64,000 nt of DNA from Amoebidium appalachense (Eukaryota > Protista > Ichthyosporea), in the NCBI GenBank assembly GCA_963693365.1, contig CAVNZM010000004.1:1733449-1797448 (forward strand), given 5' to 3'. A program made the position numbers and the translations under genes. Positions 1-12,882 of this stretch are shown here, in pieces (the first letter of the stretch is position 1; every line of letters begins with the position of its first letter). Under the pieces are notes generated by a model. The model was given only the letters and a program-made list of their open reading frames with translations. It was not told the origin of the DNA and did not search any database.

Positions 1-401
1 AAGATCCGACTTGCAAGGGCACACAGTCGCACGCACGTTTAGGTACACAAGTGTCCACAAACCCACCTTCCTTTTCACACAACCACCCTCCCACCCATTC
101 AACCACAGAGACACACACACATTCCACTCCCGTGCATCTGTCCACTTGTTCAACCACATGCCCCCTAGGGCAACCAGTGCTGATTGCTTTAGGGGGACAT
201 AGAGCACCCGTGCGACCACTTTCACACACATTAACACACACGCGCACGCACACACGCATGCACACACACACACACACACACACATACACAAGCACACATG
301 CTGACAGAGAGACGGGTACACAGGCACACGCAGGCCTGCATACACACATGCATTCTGTGTGTCAATTTTATACAACCCTGCCACTATATCTGTCACACTG
401 T

Positions 402-439
<38 letters not shown>

Positions 440-660
440 GCCGCCTCCCGTTTTTTGGAAGGGGAACTGAGAACCACCGAATGATACTGTAAATTATCAT
501 GTGTTGACTGTCTACCCACTGTTCCCCCTCTTCCCTCCCTTCTCGACGTTCTCGGCCTGGCCTCCCCTACTGATCCCCTCAATCTACCCCCCCCTCCTCC
601 CCTCTCACTGTCTTTTTCCGTTGTGCACCTCCATTGCTTGCTCGCACGCGCGCGCACACG

Positions 661-745
<85 letters not shown>

Positions 746-893
746 TTGAACACACCAAACGGCCGCGCGCACACACACATGCCATGAAGCACAAAAGCGC
801 ACATAACATGCCAAATACCCACCATGTGCACACAAATCCATACACACGCGCGCGCACACACACACAAACACGCACCCTCTCACACACCCACCT

Positions 894-937
<44 letters not shown>

Positions 938-1103
938 CACAATCTCACTCTCACACACTTACACACACTCACTCACTTACTCACTTACTCACGAAGACGG
1001 CCTCACTCTATTACCCCTGCCACCCTCCCCTCCCCAGTGTTTCAGATCGTGTATTATACTCCGTAACGTGTTCCTCATTCTAACCCCCCCCCCCCCCCCC
1101 CCC

Positions 1104-1352
1104 GGGACGGGTTGACCCACCCAAGTTCAGTTGATGCTGCTGTCTGAGTTGGAGCGTCGTATATATGCGGGCTAAGGGGTCGAAACTCAGACGCAATTGA
1201 TGACTTGGGCCCTCCCTGAGGATGGGCTCTGCTTATGACGCATACTGTGCGCATGGCTGATGCTGCATACTTGAATGTTTGCCTTTGCATGTGTCCTGCA
1301 CCATGCTTCTCATCGTGTATGCGTACTTCGTACTGTGTTCCGCATTCAAACC
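1104..1352 (+). mobile_element. 5'-truncated subfamily A copy between poly(C) tracts
   Basis: Matches the reverse complement of 24485-24733. It is preceded by an older 3' fragment at ~1040-1083. Confidence 0.75.
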
Positions 1353-1390
1353 CCCCCCCCCTTCACCCCTCACCTGCTCCTAGTCCCCAG

Positions 1391-2490
1391 GTGTTACTCT
1401 CACGCGTAGAGAGAAGCTGCACATTGCTCGTCAGCTCTCCCGCCTGGGTGTGTCTGTGTGTGAGGCCGGTTTCCCCATGGCCTCTGAGGGGGATTTTGAC
1501 TCGGTGACTGCCATTGCTGAGGAGGTCGGATCTCTGCTCGTCGGAAGGTGTGTGCTTATGTTATTTTGACTTTTCTTTCTCCATCTCCCCCCCTCCCCCC
1601 CCCCTCCCCCCCCAAAAAAAGAGGGGGAGTAGAGGGGGGGGGGGGAAGGGGGAGGATTCAAGTCTCAAGTGTGTGTGTGGGGGGGGGGGGGGGGGGAGGG
1701 GGGGGGAGGGGGGGGGGGGGGGGGGGGGCACAGGATTAAAAGCAGTACTAAAACATCCATATTTTGATTGAGAGGCAGAGAGCATGTTTACATTTCATCC
1801 ATTACATGGGAACATTGTTTCCCGTTGTTTCAACAAGGGCGCCTATCCCTACCCACCATGACACGCATCACACATACACGTACGTGTGCACTGTTTCATC
1901 CGCATGCAACCACAGGTACACGCTCGTGAATGTATGCACGTGCTTGTACGCCTGCCCGTATAGTTTTATGGTACACGTATAAGTGCCCCTGCACCTACCC
2001 TTATACGCACGCACGCACATACACTGACACATACACCCACACGCACACAGGCAGGAGGGAGACTACATGTCCATTGCCGGCCTTGCCCGGTGCCGTGAGC
2101 CCGATATTCAGCGTTGCTACGACGCAGTCCGTAACGCACCCAAACACCGCATCCACACATTTCTGGCCACATCGGACATCCACCTAAAGCACAAGCTGAA
2201 AATCTCGCGATCGGAGTGCATCAAGCAGGTGCAGCACGGGGTGGCCTTTGCCAAATCTCTGTGCGATGACATAGAATTTTCGTGCGAGGATGCAGGGCGC
2301 AGCGACAAGAACTTCCTTGTGGATGTGATTGCTGCCGCTATCGAGGCTGGAGCCACCACTATCAATGTGCCTGACACGGTCGGATATCAGCTGCCGGTAT
2401 GAGCCCCTGCACACGCACGCGAACACTCCACGTACATGCATGCACACACACACACACAAACGCAAACACACAAATTTAGAGAGAGGCACA

Positions 2491-2542
<52 letters not shown>

Positions 2543-2842
2543 CACACATACATATGGCCTGCGAGAGAGGGGCACACACACGCACACACACGTGCCCGCG
2601 CACTCATTCACTCACGAATCACCACTACCTGGTACCTGACTACCACCACTTCGGCTGTCTCCATATCTTGGGCCAGCACGCTAAGACGCTACTTCATTTG
2701 TGCTAGTGTCACCGTATTCATTATGTGTTCTGTAGTGCGAGAATGTATCTTTTTTGCCAACCATCACCACCGCCACACCTAAATTTTACTTTAACAACTT
2801 TGCTGCCCCCGTGACCAGCTATGTTTTTACGTGCTCTATAAT

Positions 2843-2873
<31 letters not shown>

Positions 2874-3065
2874 AGCCCCACCCACCCACCACCCAGCACC
2901 AGCACCAGCACCAGCACCACCATTTCTTGCAGAAACGCACCCAATGTGGAGATTGAAATGGCACGCCTGCACTTACTCAGGCATACCAACGCTTTTGCCT
3001 ACACACACAAGCCTCTATGAATGGTCTCGATCGGGTGTATGCAAACTTAGTAGTATACCCACACA

Positions 3066-3131
<66 letters not shown>

Positions 3132-3469
3132 ACGAGTATGGTGAGCTGATCAAGCACCTTGTGACCAAGACCCCGGGAGCCGACCGGGCCATTTTCTCCA
3201 CCCACTGCCACAATGACCTGGGCCTGGCCACGGCAAACACCCTGGCTGGTGTCAGGTATGCACATATTTATGTTGAGATAGAAGTCGTGTGCTTGGATAG
3301 TTTTATGAATTTGGTGTTTATTTTGGCTATGTTTGCCAGGTATTTCGGTGTACATTTTTAGTAGATTGATCTTTGCCAATAGCCGTGTGCACAGGGGACA
3401 CCTGCGGGTGATAAGGCTTTACCTGATTGGTCAATATGATGAAAACTAACTCGAGGCCTGCATCTTCTT

Positions 3470-3540
<71 letters not shown>

Positions 3541-4024
3541 AACGGAGCGCGCCAGGTCGAAGTTACGATCAACGGGATTGGAGAGCGTGCCGGCAACACA
3601 TCTCTGGAGGAGGTAGTGATGGCGATTGACACGCACCCATCCCTGTTCCCTGTGTACACGGCCATTGATACGGTGCAGATCATGCGCACGTCTCAGCTGG
3701 TCCAGAGCTACTCTGGAATGCGTGTGCAGGTAAGGCATGTGTATGCATGCTTGACTGGTGCATGCATACACACAGGAATATGCATTTACACACGCGCAGG
3801 CATCACACACACAAAAGCACTGCACACAAGCATACATGGACTTGTGGGTACACACAACACAACACACACACACACACAATCGCGCTTGCGCGAACACACA
3901 CATGCAACACACACACACGGGAGAGAGGGTGTGTGTGTGTGTGTGTTTTATTTTTTTTGTTTGGGGGGGGGAGGGGAGGGGGGGGGGGGGGTAGCAGAGG
4001 GGCTAAGGTGCCACGGCCCCTCCC

Positions 4025-4055
<31 letters not shown>

Positions 4056-4931
4056 AAAAAAAAAACCAACGCTCTCTCCCTCTGAACCGGGGGAGGGGAG
4101 GAGAGGCGAGGCGGTGCTACCGTTGCGTGACTGGTGTTGTCTTTAATTGATGTCTGCTGGTGTTTCTCGAAGGCAACACCGTGTGAGTTCTTGTGTCTGT
4201 GTAATACATGCACTTGTCTTCAGGGTACACCACGTGCTTTTCGATGTAGACATCTGCATTTCTCTTGTACGGATGATTTGTGGCATGGATGTGCACTGCT
4301 TACTTACCCCCCCACCCCCCTCCCCTCCCCTTCCCCCCCCCCCCCCTTCCCCTGCTCGGTGCATCTCCTCCCATCCTCTCTCCTCATTACTTTTAGAGCA
4401 CACACACACATACACACCGTGACACACACACACTGCAGGCACTGGCAGTGGTGGGGGCGGGGGTGAGGGAGGGGGGGGGGGGGGGGTATTTGGCAGCTTC
4501 TTCTTTCTTTTGTGGTGGAGAGGGGGGGGGAGGGAGAGGAGGGGGGGGGGGGGGGGGAGTAGTTGGCACAAACGCCCCTGCAGTATATTCACCACAGCAT
4601 CACCACATTGAATCTTGAGCCCCCCCCTCCCCCCCCCCCCCCCCCCCCCATGCCCCAACACCACCATTCATCGTTGGGTTTCAACTCTCCACCTTAATTA
4701 CCCATTCACCACACCAACTGCTGCCCCCCCCCCCCCCCCCTCCCCCGCTCTCCCCCCACCCCCCTTCTCCGCCACTCTATCTCCCCCCTCCCCACAAAAA
4801 AAAGAAGAACAACGCCAACCCCACCCACCCGTCCCATACACACATGTCTCGCATGTGCGGAATCCATAGTATGTGTCCGCTGTGAATGTGTAGCTTCGTT
4901 CTTTGAAACGTCGTGTTCTAATCCTGCCCCC

Positions 4932-4963
<32 letters not shown>

Positions 4964-5000
4964 TTTTGTCCCTCCACCCTAACACACACACACAGACACA

Positions 5001-5031
<31 letters not shown>

Positions 5032-5089
5032 CTCCCCCCCCCCTCCCTCCCCTTCCTTCCCCCCTCCTCCCCTTCTCTCCCCCCCTTCC

Positions 5090-5133
<44 letters not shown>

Positions 5134-5927
5134 CGCCCGTCCCCCTGCGTGCTTTCCACCCCTGCAGCCCAACAAAGCCATTGTAGGTTCCAATGCTTTT
5201 GCACACGAGTCAGGCATCCACCAAGACGGTATGCTTAAACATGCAGAGACATACGAGATTATCCGCCCTGAGAGGGTGGGTGTGCGCACATCTCTGGTTA
5301 TGGGCAAGCTGTCCGGTAGGGCTGCATTCAAGGTGAGGATGGCTGAGCTGGGCTATGACAATCTGAACGATGAGGAGATTATGAAAGCATTCACGAGGTT
5401 CAAGAGGGTCGCTGATACCGGCAAGGTAACGGTTTTTCTCCTTTTTTTTCCTGGCCTTCTTTTGATATGTTTTTTTGTTTGTTGTTTTTTGCCCTTCTTC
5501 CCTTACATAACAGCCAACCAACCAACCAACCAACCAACCCCCCCCCCCCCCCCCCCCCCCCCTCCTCCCCCCACCATCGCCGCCGCCGCCGCCGCTGCCA
5601 TCACCACGACCATACCTCCTCGGAGCCCAAGCCTCCCCTTGGGCAACAGCCCCAATCCCCCTTCCCCCTGCCCCACCTCCTTTGCCTCAACGCCCCTGCC
5701 GATGCCTAACATAACTGCCGTTCAGGCCCAACACTGCTCGTTTTTTAATGTTAAAAACTTATCTAGATCTCAGCCCTGCATCCATACTGTTAGGTGTTCT
5801 TGGCAGTGTGTTTCATGCCGGTAGTTGCATTCCGCCTTTCTCCACTCTTGCCTGCAAAGCCACCTCCCCTGCCAGCCAACATTCTAATATGCATGTGCAT
5901 ACACACAAGCGCGCCCATGTGCACGTG

Positions 5928-5979
<52 letters not shown>

Positions 5980-7030
5980 CATCACGGACCAGGACCTACA
6001 TGCCATTGTCAAGGACGAGCTTGACCGGCCCACCACCGTTTTCACCCTCAGGGGTGTCCAAGTCACCACCGGTGACCACATCCAGGTGGGGTTCTTATAG
6101 TTTGTGGTTTTTTGGACGAAGTGATTATTTATTCGAAGCAACCCCTATAATGTAAATAAGATTTTTCCAAATTAACATGTCCCTCAATAAAGGAGCCTGT
6201 AACCGGGCTGCCAGTGTTAATGCGCTTTACGCTTATGCCCAGTGGATTCTTGAGTAGCAACCTCTCTGTCTTTCCCATTCACCTTGCTCCTCTTATAGTT
6301 ATCTTTTTGATGTATTCTAATTTATTTTCCATTTTATTTACCTTTGTCTCCCCCAGGCCACAGCCACCGCCACTGTAGTTGGGCCAGACTCCAATGAGAT
6401 CATTCAGGCGGCTGTGGGCACCGGCCCAGTCAATGCCGTCTTCAAGGCCATCGTCGAAGCTGTCAAAGTAGGGAGACCCCCCCCCCCCCGCCCGTATATA
6501 CGCGGGCTAAGGGGTCGAAACTCAATCGCAATTGATGACTTGGGCCCTCCCTGAGGATGGGCTCTGCTTATAACGCATACTGTGTGCATGGCTGATGTTG
6601 CATACTTGAATGTTTGCCTTTGCATGTGTCCTTCGTGTATGCGTACTTCGTACCGTGTTCCGCATTCAAACCCCCCCCCCCCCCCCCCCTTCTCTCGAAC
6701 ACATACACACACGGGCGCGCACAGACACACACACATGCACAGAAACACGCACGCACGCACTAAAACACAAACCAAAAGCCACCACGATGCACATGCACGC
6801 GCTTGCATGCATCCTGCTACTAGTCCCTTCCATCGACAATATGCAGAAGCAAGAGAAATGATGTTTCACCTGATGCGCTTGTTGCCATCTTGTGCAGTGC
6901 TTCACTGATGCGCTTCAGAACTGGGCCATCACCTTTCCTTGGCCTATTGGTGTCGATCGTCTTTGGAACATGGGAAGGTGTGGTGTATATTTTGCATTTC
7001 GGGAGTAGATGGATGTGAGTGTGTGGTACT

Positions 7031-7081
<51 letters not shown>

Positions 7082-8035
7082 GGAGGCTGTTTTCTAGTAG
7101 TTATCATTTCTGACATCACAGTCCCACCATCTATTCTCCGGCTGTGTACATGCCCATGCTTTTAAGGCACCGAATCTCGTGATTCATTCCCAGCCTCGGT
7201 CGGAGGCTGGGTTTTTGGAGATAAAGAGGGGTATGGGGGGAGGAAGGACTGAGCGGTTTGTCGGCAATACCGAGGCTGGGTTTTTGGAGATAGAGAGGGG
7301 TATGGGGGGAGGAAGGACTGAGCGGTTTGTCGGTAATCAGCTAGCAAAATAGATGCTGGGGAACTCCAATCAGGTGCGCCCATCTGCCCGGATCTACGAG
7401 AGCGGGCTCCCTTTTGGACCTCTTGGCCAATCAGAAGCTATGGGAAAAAAGCAAAGCCTTACCGGGCTTAAGTTCCTGGTGATAGGTAATCGTAAGCGTC
7501 ATTATGTGATTGGCGCATTGAGCGTTAAATCACTGGTCGAAAATCGTATATTACTGATTGGCCATCGGGATTTTAGTTACATTAAATCATAGAAAGACTT
7601 GGCGCATGGATCTATATAACATGTGATCTTCTGCCAATCACCTATTCCACCGAGATCTGTAACACTGTATTTCGCTTTGTGACGCCATTACACGAGATCG
7701 CGATCGATCGAAGATACCAGATGTTTCGCGAGCCGCGCCGTTGCGCTCGGCCCGGCAACGAGCCCGGCCGATCGAGGCTGGGCCCACAGCGATATGGCGT
7801 AGCCATTGAGCTCATTTATTAAATATCAGTACCGAACCTCACCGTGTGGTGTTGAATATCAGGTGCCCGTGGAGCTGCAGGAGTACCACGTCAAGTCCAT
7901 CACGGCCGGCACAGATGCCCTTGGCGAGGTCACCGTCACCGTCAGGAAGCAGGGCAAGAGGGCCGATGACGTACGTGTTCTTCCCCCCCCCCCCCCCCCC
8001 CCCCCCCCCCGCGCCCCGCCCTGCCCCAGAACAGC

Positions 8036-8075
<40 letters not shown>

Positions 8076-8243
8076 GTCCTTGATGCTCCCGCTCCATATA
8101 CACATGAGTAGGCCCGCACACTTCTGTCTAACAACCACCTCCCCGACATACATGTAATACCTCCGAACCTGTTTTTCGTGAACTCTATCATAATGGCACG
8201 ATTCACCGTGCGCCATCCGATTTATAAGACGAAAAATTATCCC

Positions 8244-8280
<37 letters not shown>

Positions 8281-8317
8281 ATTTTTCACACACACACACA
8301 CACACACACGCTCGCTC

Positions 8318-8361
<44 letters not shown>

Positions 8362-8668
8362 GTGTGGTTTGGACTTTGCATTGTGTTGTCCGTTGTGAAT
8401 GTGTACTTCGTGCTCTTATGGCGCATTCAAACCCCCCCCCCCCCCCCCCCCCCCCCCCGGCCGCCGCCGCCTTCCTCCTCCTTCCCCTCAGTCCGTTTCC
8501 CATGATATTTTGTGTTATGCCCTGAGGGCATATACATATGCCCGATAAACTTGTTGCTTGGGGTTGGAAACCAAAGCAACCTTTCTTTGCCACATGCCCT
8601 GCTGTAATGCTTCTATTCTGTTTTTAGTCTTTTGAGCACTCGCCAGGAGCCCTCAAACACGCACGACA

Positions 8669-8714
<46 letters not shown>

Positions 8715-8757
8715 ACAGCGTGTGCGCACGCGCACACACACACACACATGGCACGCC

Positions 8758-8788
<31 letters not shown>

Positions 8789-9370
8789 GGCACGCCCGCA
8801 CACACACACATTTACTCGCACACACGCACACACACACACACACTAGGCACGCCCGCACACACACACACACACACACACAAGGCACGCCCGCACACACACA
8901 CACATTTACTCGCACACACGCACACACACACACACACTAGGCACGCCCGCACACACACACACACACACACACAAGGCACGCCTGCACACACACACACATT
9001 TACTCGCACACACGCACACATACACACAAGGCACGCCCGCACACACACACACATTTACTCGCACACACGCACACACACACGCACACACAAGGCACGCCCG
9101 CACACACACACACATTTACTCGCAACGCGCACACACACACACAAGGCACGCCCGCACACACACACACATTTACTCGCACACACGCACACACACACACATT
9201 CATATTCACACGTGCACTTGCAGGAGACCTTTACTGGTGTTGGAGCACACAGCGATATCCTCGTGGCCAGTGCACATGCATACCTCAACGCCATCAACAA
9301 GCTGGTGCTGCGCAATGCCGAGACAAAGACTGAAATTCCTGAGGCTCAGGCTGAGGCTGGCGCTGTGTAA
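1391..9370 (+). CDS. leuA: 2-isopropylmalate synthase (LeuA type 1), multi-exon, 5' exon(s) outside window
   Basis: GT-AG exons with consistent phases: 1391-1547, 2051-2396, 3131-3255, 3540-3729, 5168-5425, 5978-6085, 6357-6467, 7863-7970, 9224-9370. Motifs [50 protein letters not shown] and [11 protein letters not shown], plus C-terminal regulatory domain ([30 protein letters not shown]). The DTTLRDGEQ N-terminus is not in the window. Confidence 0.95.
6493..6672 (+). mobile_element. 5'-truncated subfamily A copy
   Basis: gggctaaggggtcgaaactc...gcattcaaa followed by poly(C), with a small internal deletion. Confidence 0.75.
7188..7782. mobile_element. Putative non-autonomous DNA element in a leuA intron
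   Basis: 15-bp inverted termini (cccagcctcggtcgg / ccgatcgaggctggg, 1 mismatch) and an internal direct repeat with ~69-bp period (7203-7332). Microsatellite-free. No TSD seen. Confidence 0.4.
8740..9200 (+). repeat. Compound minisatellite of ggcacgcccg(ca)n and atttactcg(ca)n units
   Basis: Repeated alternating units are directly visible in the last leuA intron. Confidence 0.85.
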
Positions 9371-10428
9371 TTTGGGATATTCGGTTAGATAGTTTGAACA
9401 TCATCAAGCGTACTGAAGCTTTGTTATTTGTTTTTCGTTTTCTTTGCTGCTTAGCTATGATAGCTGTGTGCATGTTGTGAGAACGGGGTTTGTGTAGAAT
9501 AATCATTTCAAATTGATTAATCCAAAGATTTATGTTCAACTTGAAGTATTGGACAAATGGTGCTGTAAAGAAAACGTAGCCGTGTTCAACTTTGTGAAAG
9601 GCATAGATATTTTGCCCAGGAACAATTTTGATATATAATAGGGCACTTGAAATTTGTTTGTGCGATGTATCACAATGATTTGTTGATAGAATATCTCCCG
9701 ATAGACAACTGCTATGGAAACACCAGGCTTATAAGCTTATATAACATACATTTTTCCCTCAATAGGAGAATGCCGCGCTTAATTTTGGGCCCAGCACTAG
9801 CTGTGTGATTGTTTTTCGATTGAGTATATTCTGTGTACGTTCAGCTGCAGGGCCACTGGCATGGTGTCACATTACACCTGTGTGGGGAGTGGTGCTGCTG
9901 TGAAAATTGGTGTGTTTGTTTTTTGTGGCGGCGGCGGCGGTTTTGGTGTGTTTACACATGTGTACGTGTGTGTGTGTGTGTGTGTGTGCATATGTGTCCG
10001 TAGCAATAAATAGTGCGTAATATCCCCATGTGTGTGCTTTTTTTTTGGGGGGGGGGGGGGGGATGGGATCGTCCGTCGCGAAGACAAATTGCGCTCCGAT
10101 CGGAATGCGATCCGTGTACAGGCGATTGCATTTTCGGTGAGCCAACGGAAAGTGCGGGAGTAGGCTACGCCAGGTTAGCGGCAACCTAGAGCATGAACAG
10201 AGCGCAAGCACGGGCCGTGGCGCAAGCCGCTACATGTAGATATGTTGTAAGCCTACCACCTACTGAGGCGGTGTCTCCTTTCTTCTTCTTCTTCTTTTTT
10301 TTTTTTCTCTTTACAGGGACCGCCTGAAGTAGATGTATAACGTCGCACGTGCGGCAACACGTCAGTACGTGTTAGGTTGTAAGCCGCCCAGACTGACGTC
10401 GCTATAGCAAGAAAGCTTTACCCCTTTC

Positions 10429-11313
10429 ATGTTAGCAGCTATAATGGGTAACAAAAGGGTCAAGCGTCATAAGCCGGAAAGCAGGTTGGCTGCCAGGAGA
10501 CGCTTTCTAAAGAACCTCGCGAGTAGGGGCGGTCAAAAGACCCTTCCAAAGCCAGACGCCTGCGATGTTACACAGACACTAGCGGCCGTAGCATATTCGC
10601 CACCACCACCATGGCCACCACCACCACCACCACTCCATGCACACGGGTTTACTGTTGCTGATTTTTCACGTGCAGTTAACGCTACACAAGTAATACACCC
10701 TGGCACTACCGATTGTTTTACCGCATATACTGTTACACATACACCGCGACCTCAAGTATAGCCAAACCTTACAGATGCTGGTACTGTCACTGATTTTTCA
10801 CGTGCAGTTCATACCACACAAACTACAAGGCCTGCCACACAAGTTACTAAGCCTGCTACACAAGTAACAAAGCCTGCCACACAAGTTACAAAGCCTGCCA
10901 CACAAGTTACTAAGCCTGCTACACAAGTAACAAAGCCTGCCACACAAGTTACGAAGCCTGCCACACAAGTTACTAAGTCTGCTACACAAGTAACAAAGCC
11001 TGCCACACAAGTTACAAAGCCTGCCACACAAGTTACTAAGCCTGCTACACAAGTAACAAAGCATGCCACACAAGTTACAATGCCTGCCACTGTCGATAGT
11101 TTTAGAGCACATACACCACCACCTCAGTCACAACCAAACCTTACACTTGTATTTTCAATCACTGATTTTTCACAAGCCGTTAACGCCACACAAGCCGCAC
11201 AGCCTGTCGCCATTGATAGTTTTGGAGCGACCATACCGCCTCCTGTTGCGACAGCTGACCAGCAGCCCGAATATCACCCACAGTGCAGTTTCCATACTAC
11301 AGGTAAAGCATGA
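10429..11313 (+). pseudogene. Orphan reading frame with basic N-terminus and KPATQVT heptapeptide repeats, interrupted by one in-frame TAG
   Basis: ORFs 10429-10761 and 11080-11313 are in the same frame and joined by an open stretch encoding (KPATQVT)n. There is a single TAG at 10759-10761 where an internal paralogous segment has Gln. Confidence 0.45.
10826..11090 (+). repeat. 21-bp tandem minisatellite (aagcctgccacacaagttact), about 12 units
   Basis: Directly visible. Many of the variants are synonymous for KPATQVT. Confidence 0.9.
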
Positions 11314-11416
11314 CGATGGTGTGTGTACGTGTGTGTGGCAGGCAGGGGGAGCGGATGGGTGGTGGTGGGGGTTAGGGGGAGGTAGATTTCCTTGCGCAAG
11401 TGTGTACACGTGTCTG

Positions 11417-11452
<36 letters not shown>

Positions 11453-11550
11453 TTATGTGCGTGCCGTGTGTGCGTGTTGTGTCTACATGTGTATGCACGT
11501 GTCACGGTGCGTGCGTGTATGTGTGTCTGCGAGCGGGGTGGCCTGCAAGC

Positions 11551-12090
11551 ATGGAATTCACTACAAAAGTGAGAACTAGCCAGCCAATATTCTACAGGAG
11601 GCCAAAGCGTGCCAAGCTATCTGCCGACTCCATCAAAAAAGTCGCCCAGCTGTCAGCTGGAGGGGTTGAAGCTGACGACGCCAATGCAGCTAAGCGGTTT
11701 CACCGCTCTGACAACGATCCATACATGGTGAAAGCACGTGATATTCTCCATGACAACGGGGACACAATCACAACATGCCCCATCTCCGTCCAGAAAGTAG
11801 CCAATAGACTTGCATTACCTACCAAGTCTCTCATGAACCGTGGCAAGCTCTGCCCGGGGCATGTGAAGGAAATGTATAGGCGCAACGAAGAACTCCTAAA
11901 CTGTGCTGAGTACATCTCTGGATCGCGTGTGTTTGCTGATGATGATGAACGGAGTCTCGGCACGGCAGTGCAAATAGCCCACGTACTGTCGACCTTGGCC
12001 TCCCCTGCAGTTATATTGCAGTTGCTGCCGCAAGTAAGAAACTATCTGCGTGACGAGAGTTGTACGGCAGAACCGCAGGGTCTTCCTTGA
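11551..12090 (+). CDS. Orphan protein of unknown function (~179 aa from ATG 11551, or an exon of the upstream locus)
   Basis: Non-repetitive ORF. Its C-terminal ~105 aa has a diverged in-frame duplicate immediately downstream. Confidence 0.5.
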   Translation: MEFTTKVRTSQPIFYRRPKRAKLSADSIKKVAQLSAGGVEADDANAAKRFHRSDNDPYMVKARDILHDNGDTITTCPISVQKVANRLALPTKSLMNRGKLCPGHVKEMYRRNEELLNCAEYISGSRVFADDDERSLGTAVQIAHVLSTLASPAVILQLLPQVRNYLRDESCTAEPQGLP

Positions 12091-12319
12091 TGATGTGTGG
12101 TTTATGTCACGGAATGGAGGGGCTAGCAATTTTGCTTCGTCCGGTTTCCTGATCTATTTTAGTCGCTGCCTTTTTTCCCGCTTTCAAGTCGACAAGATCT
12201 CTCGTTTTGACAAACATACACCGTGACCACGCTGCACACACACACACACACACGCACACACACACACGTGCACAAACACGCACATCCGTATTAACGTGCA
12301 CACACGCACTTGTAGTAAA

Positions 12320-12655
12320 CTTATGATTACTGTGTGCCCTCTCTCCGTGCAGAAAGTAGCCAATAGACTTGCATTACCTACTAAGTCTCTCGTTAGCCGT
12401 GGCAACCTCAGCAGACGGGAAGTGACGGAACTGCATAGACGCAACGAAGAACTCCTAAACTGTGCTGAATACATCTCTGGATCGCGAGTGTATGCTGATG
12501 ATGCAGAACGGAACACCGGCACTGCAGTGCAAATAGCCAGCGCACTCATGTCCTTGGCCTCCCCTGCAGCCATATTGCAGTTGATGCCAACAGTAAGAAA
12601 CTATCTGCGTGAGGAAAGGTGCCTGGCAGGTCCCCAGGATCTTCCAACATCATGA
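12320..12655 (+). CDS. Diverged tandem duplicate of the C-terminal domain of the 11551-12090 orphan
   Basis: CPLSVQKVANRLALPTKSL...RRNEELLNCAEYISGSRV...VRNYLR is shared with the upstream copy. The 3' flank is also duplicated. Confidence 0.4.
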   Translation, partial: LMITVCPLSVQKVANRLALPTKSLVSRGNLSRREVTELHRRNEELLNCAEYISGSRVYADDAERNTGTAVQIASALMSLASPAAILQLMPTVRNYLREERCLAGPQDLPTS

Positions 12656-12850
12656 TTTGTGGTTTAAACTGAGAGCAGCCATGTTCAAATAGGTTGTACT
12701 GTAGGATAGAGCTGGGGCTATCAATTTTTCGCTGTCTGATTTTCTGATATTTCTTGTTTGCTGGTGTTTTCTTCCGCTTTCAAGTCGGTAGGAACTCCTA
12801 TTTACAAACATATGTACACCACGCTGTAGACACGCGCGCACACACACACT

Positions 12851-12882
<32 letters not shown>

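Noticed and set aside
1175-1230. Hammerhead ribozyme in the repeat (GAAAC and CTGAGGA present)
   Set aside because: Stem II and the core order cannot be built in any of the three topologies.
10826-11090. CRISPR-like array
   Set aside because: Contiguous 21-bp units without unique spacers, no cas genes, and a eukaryotic context.
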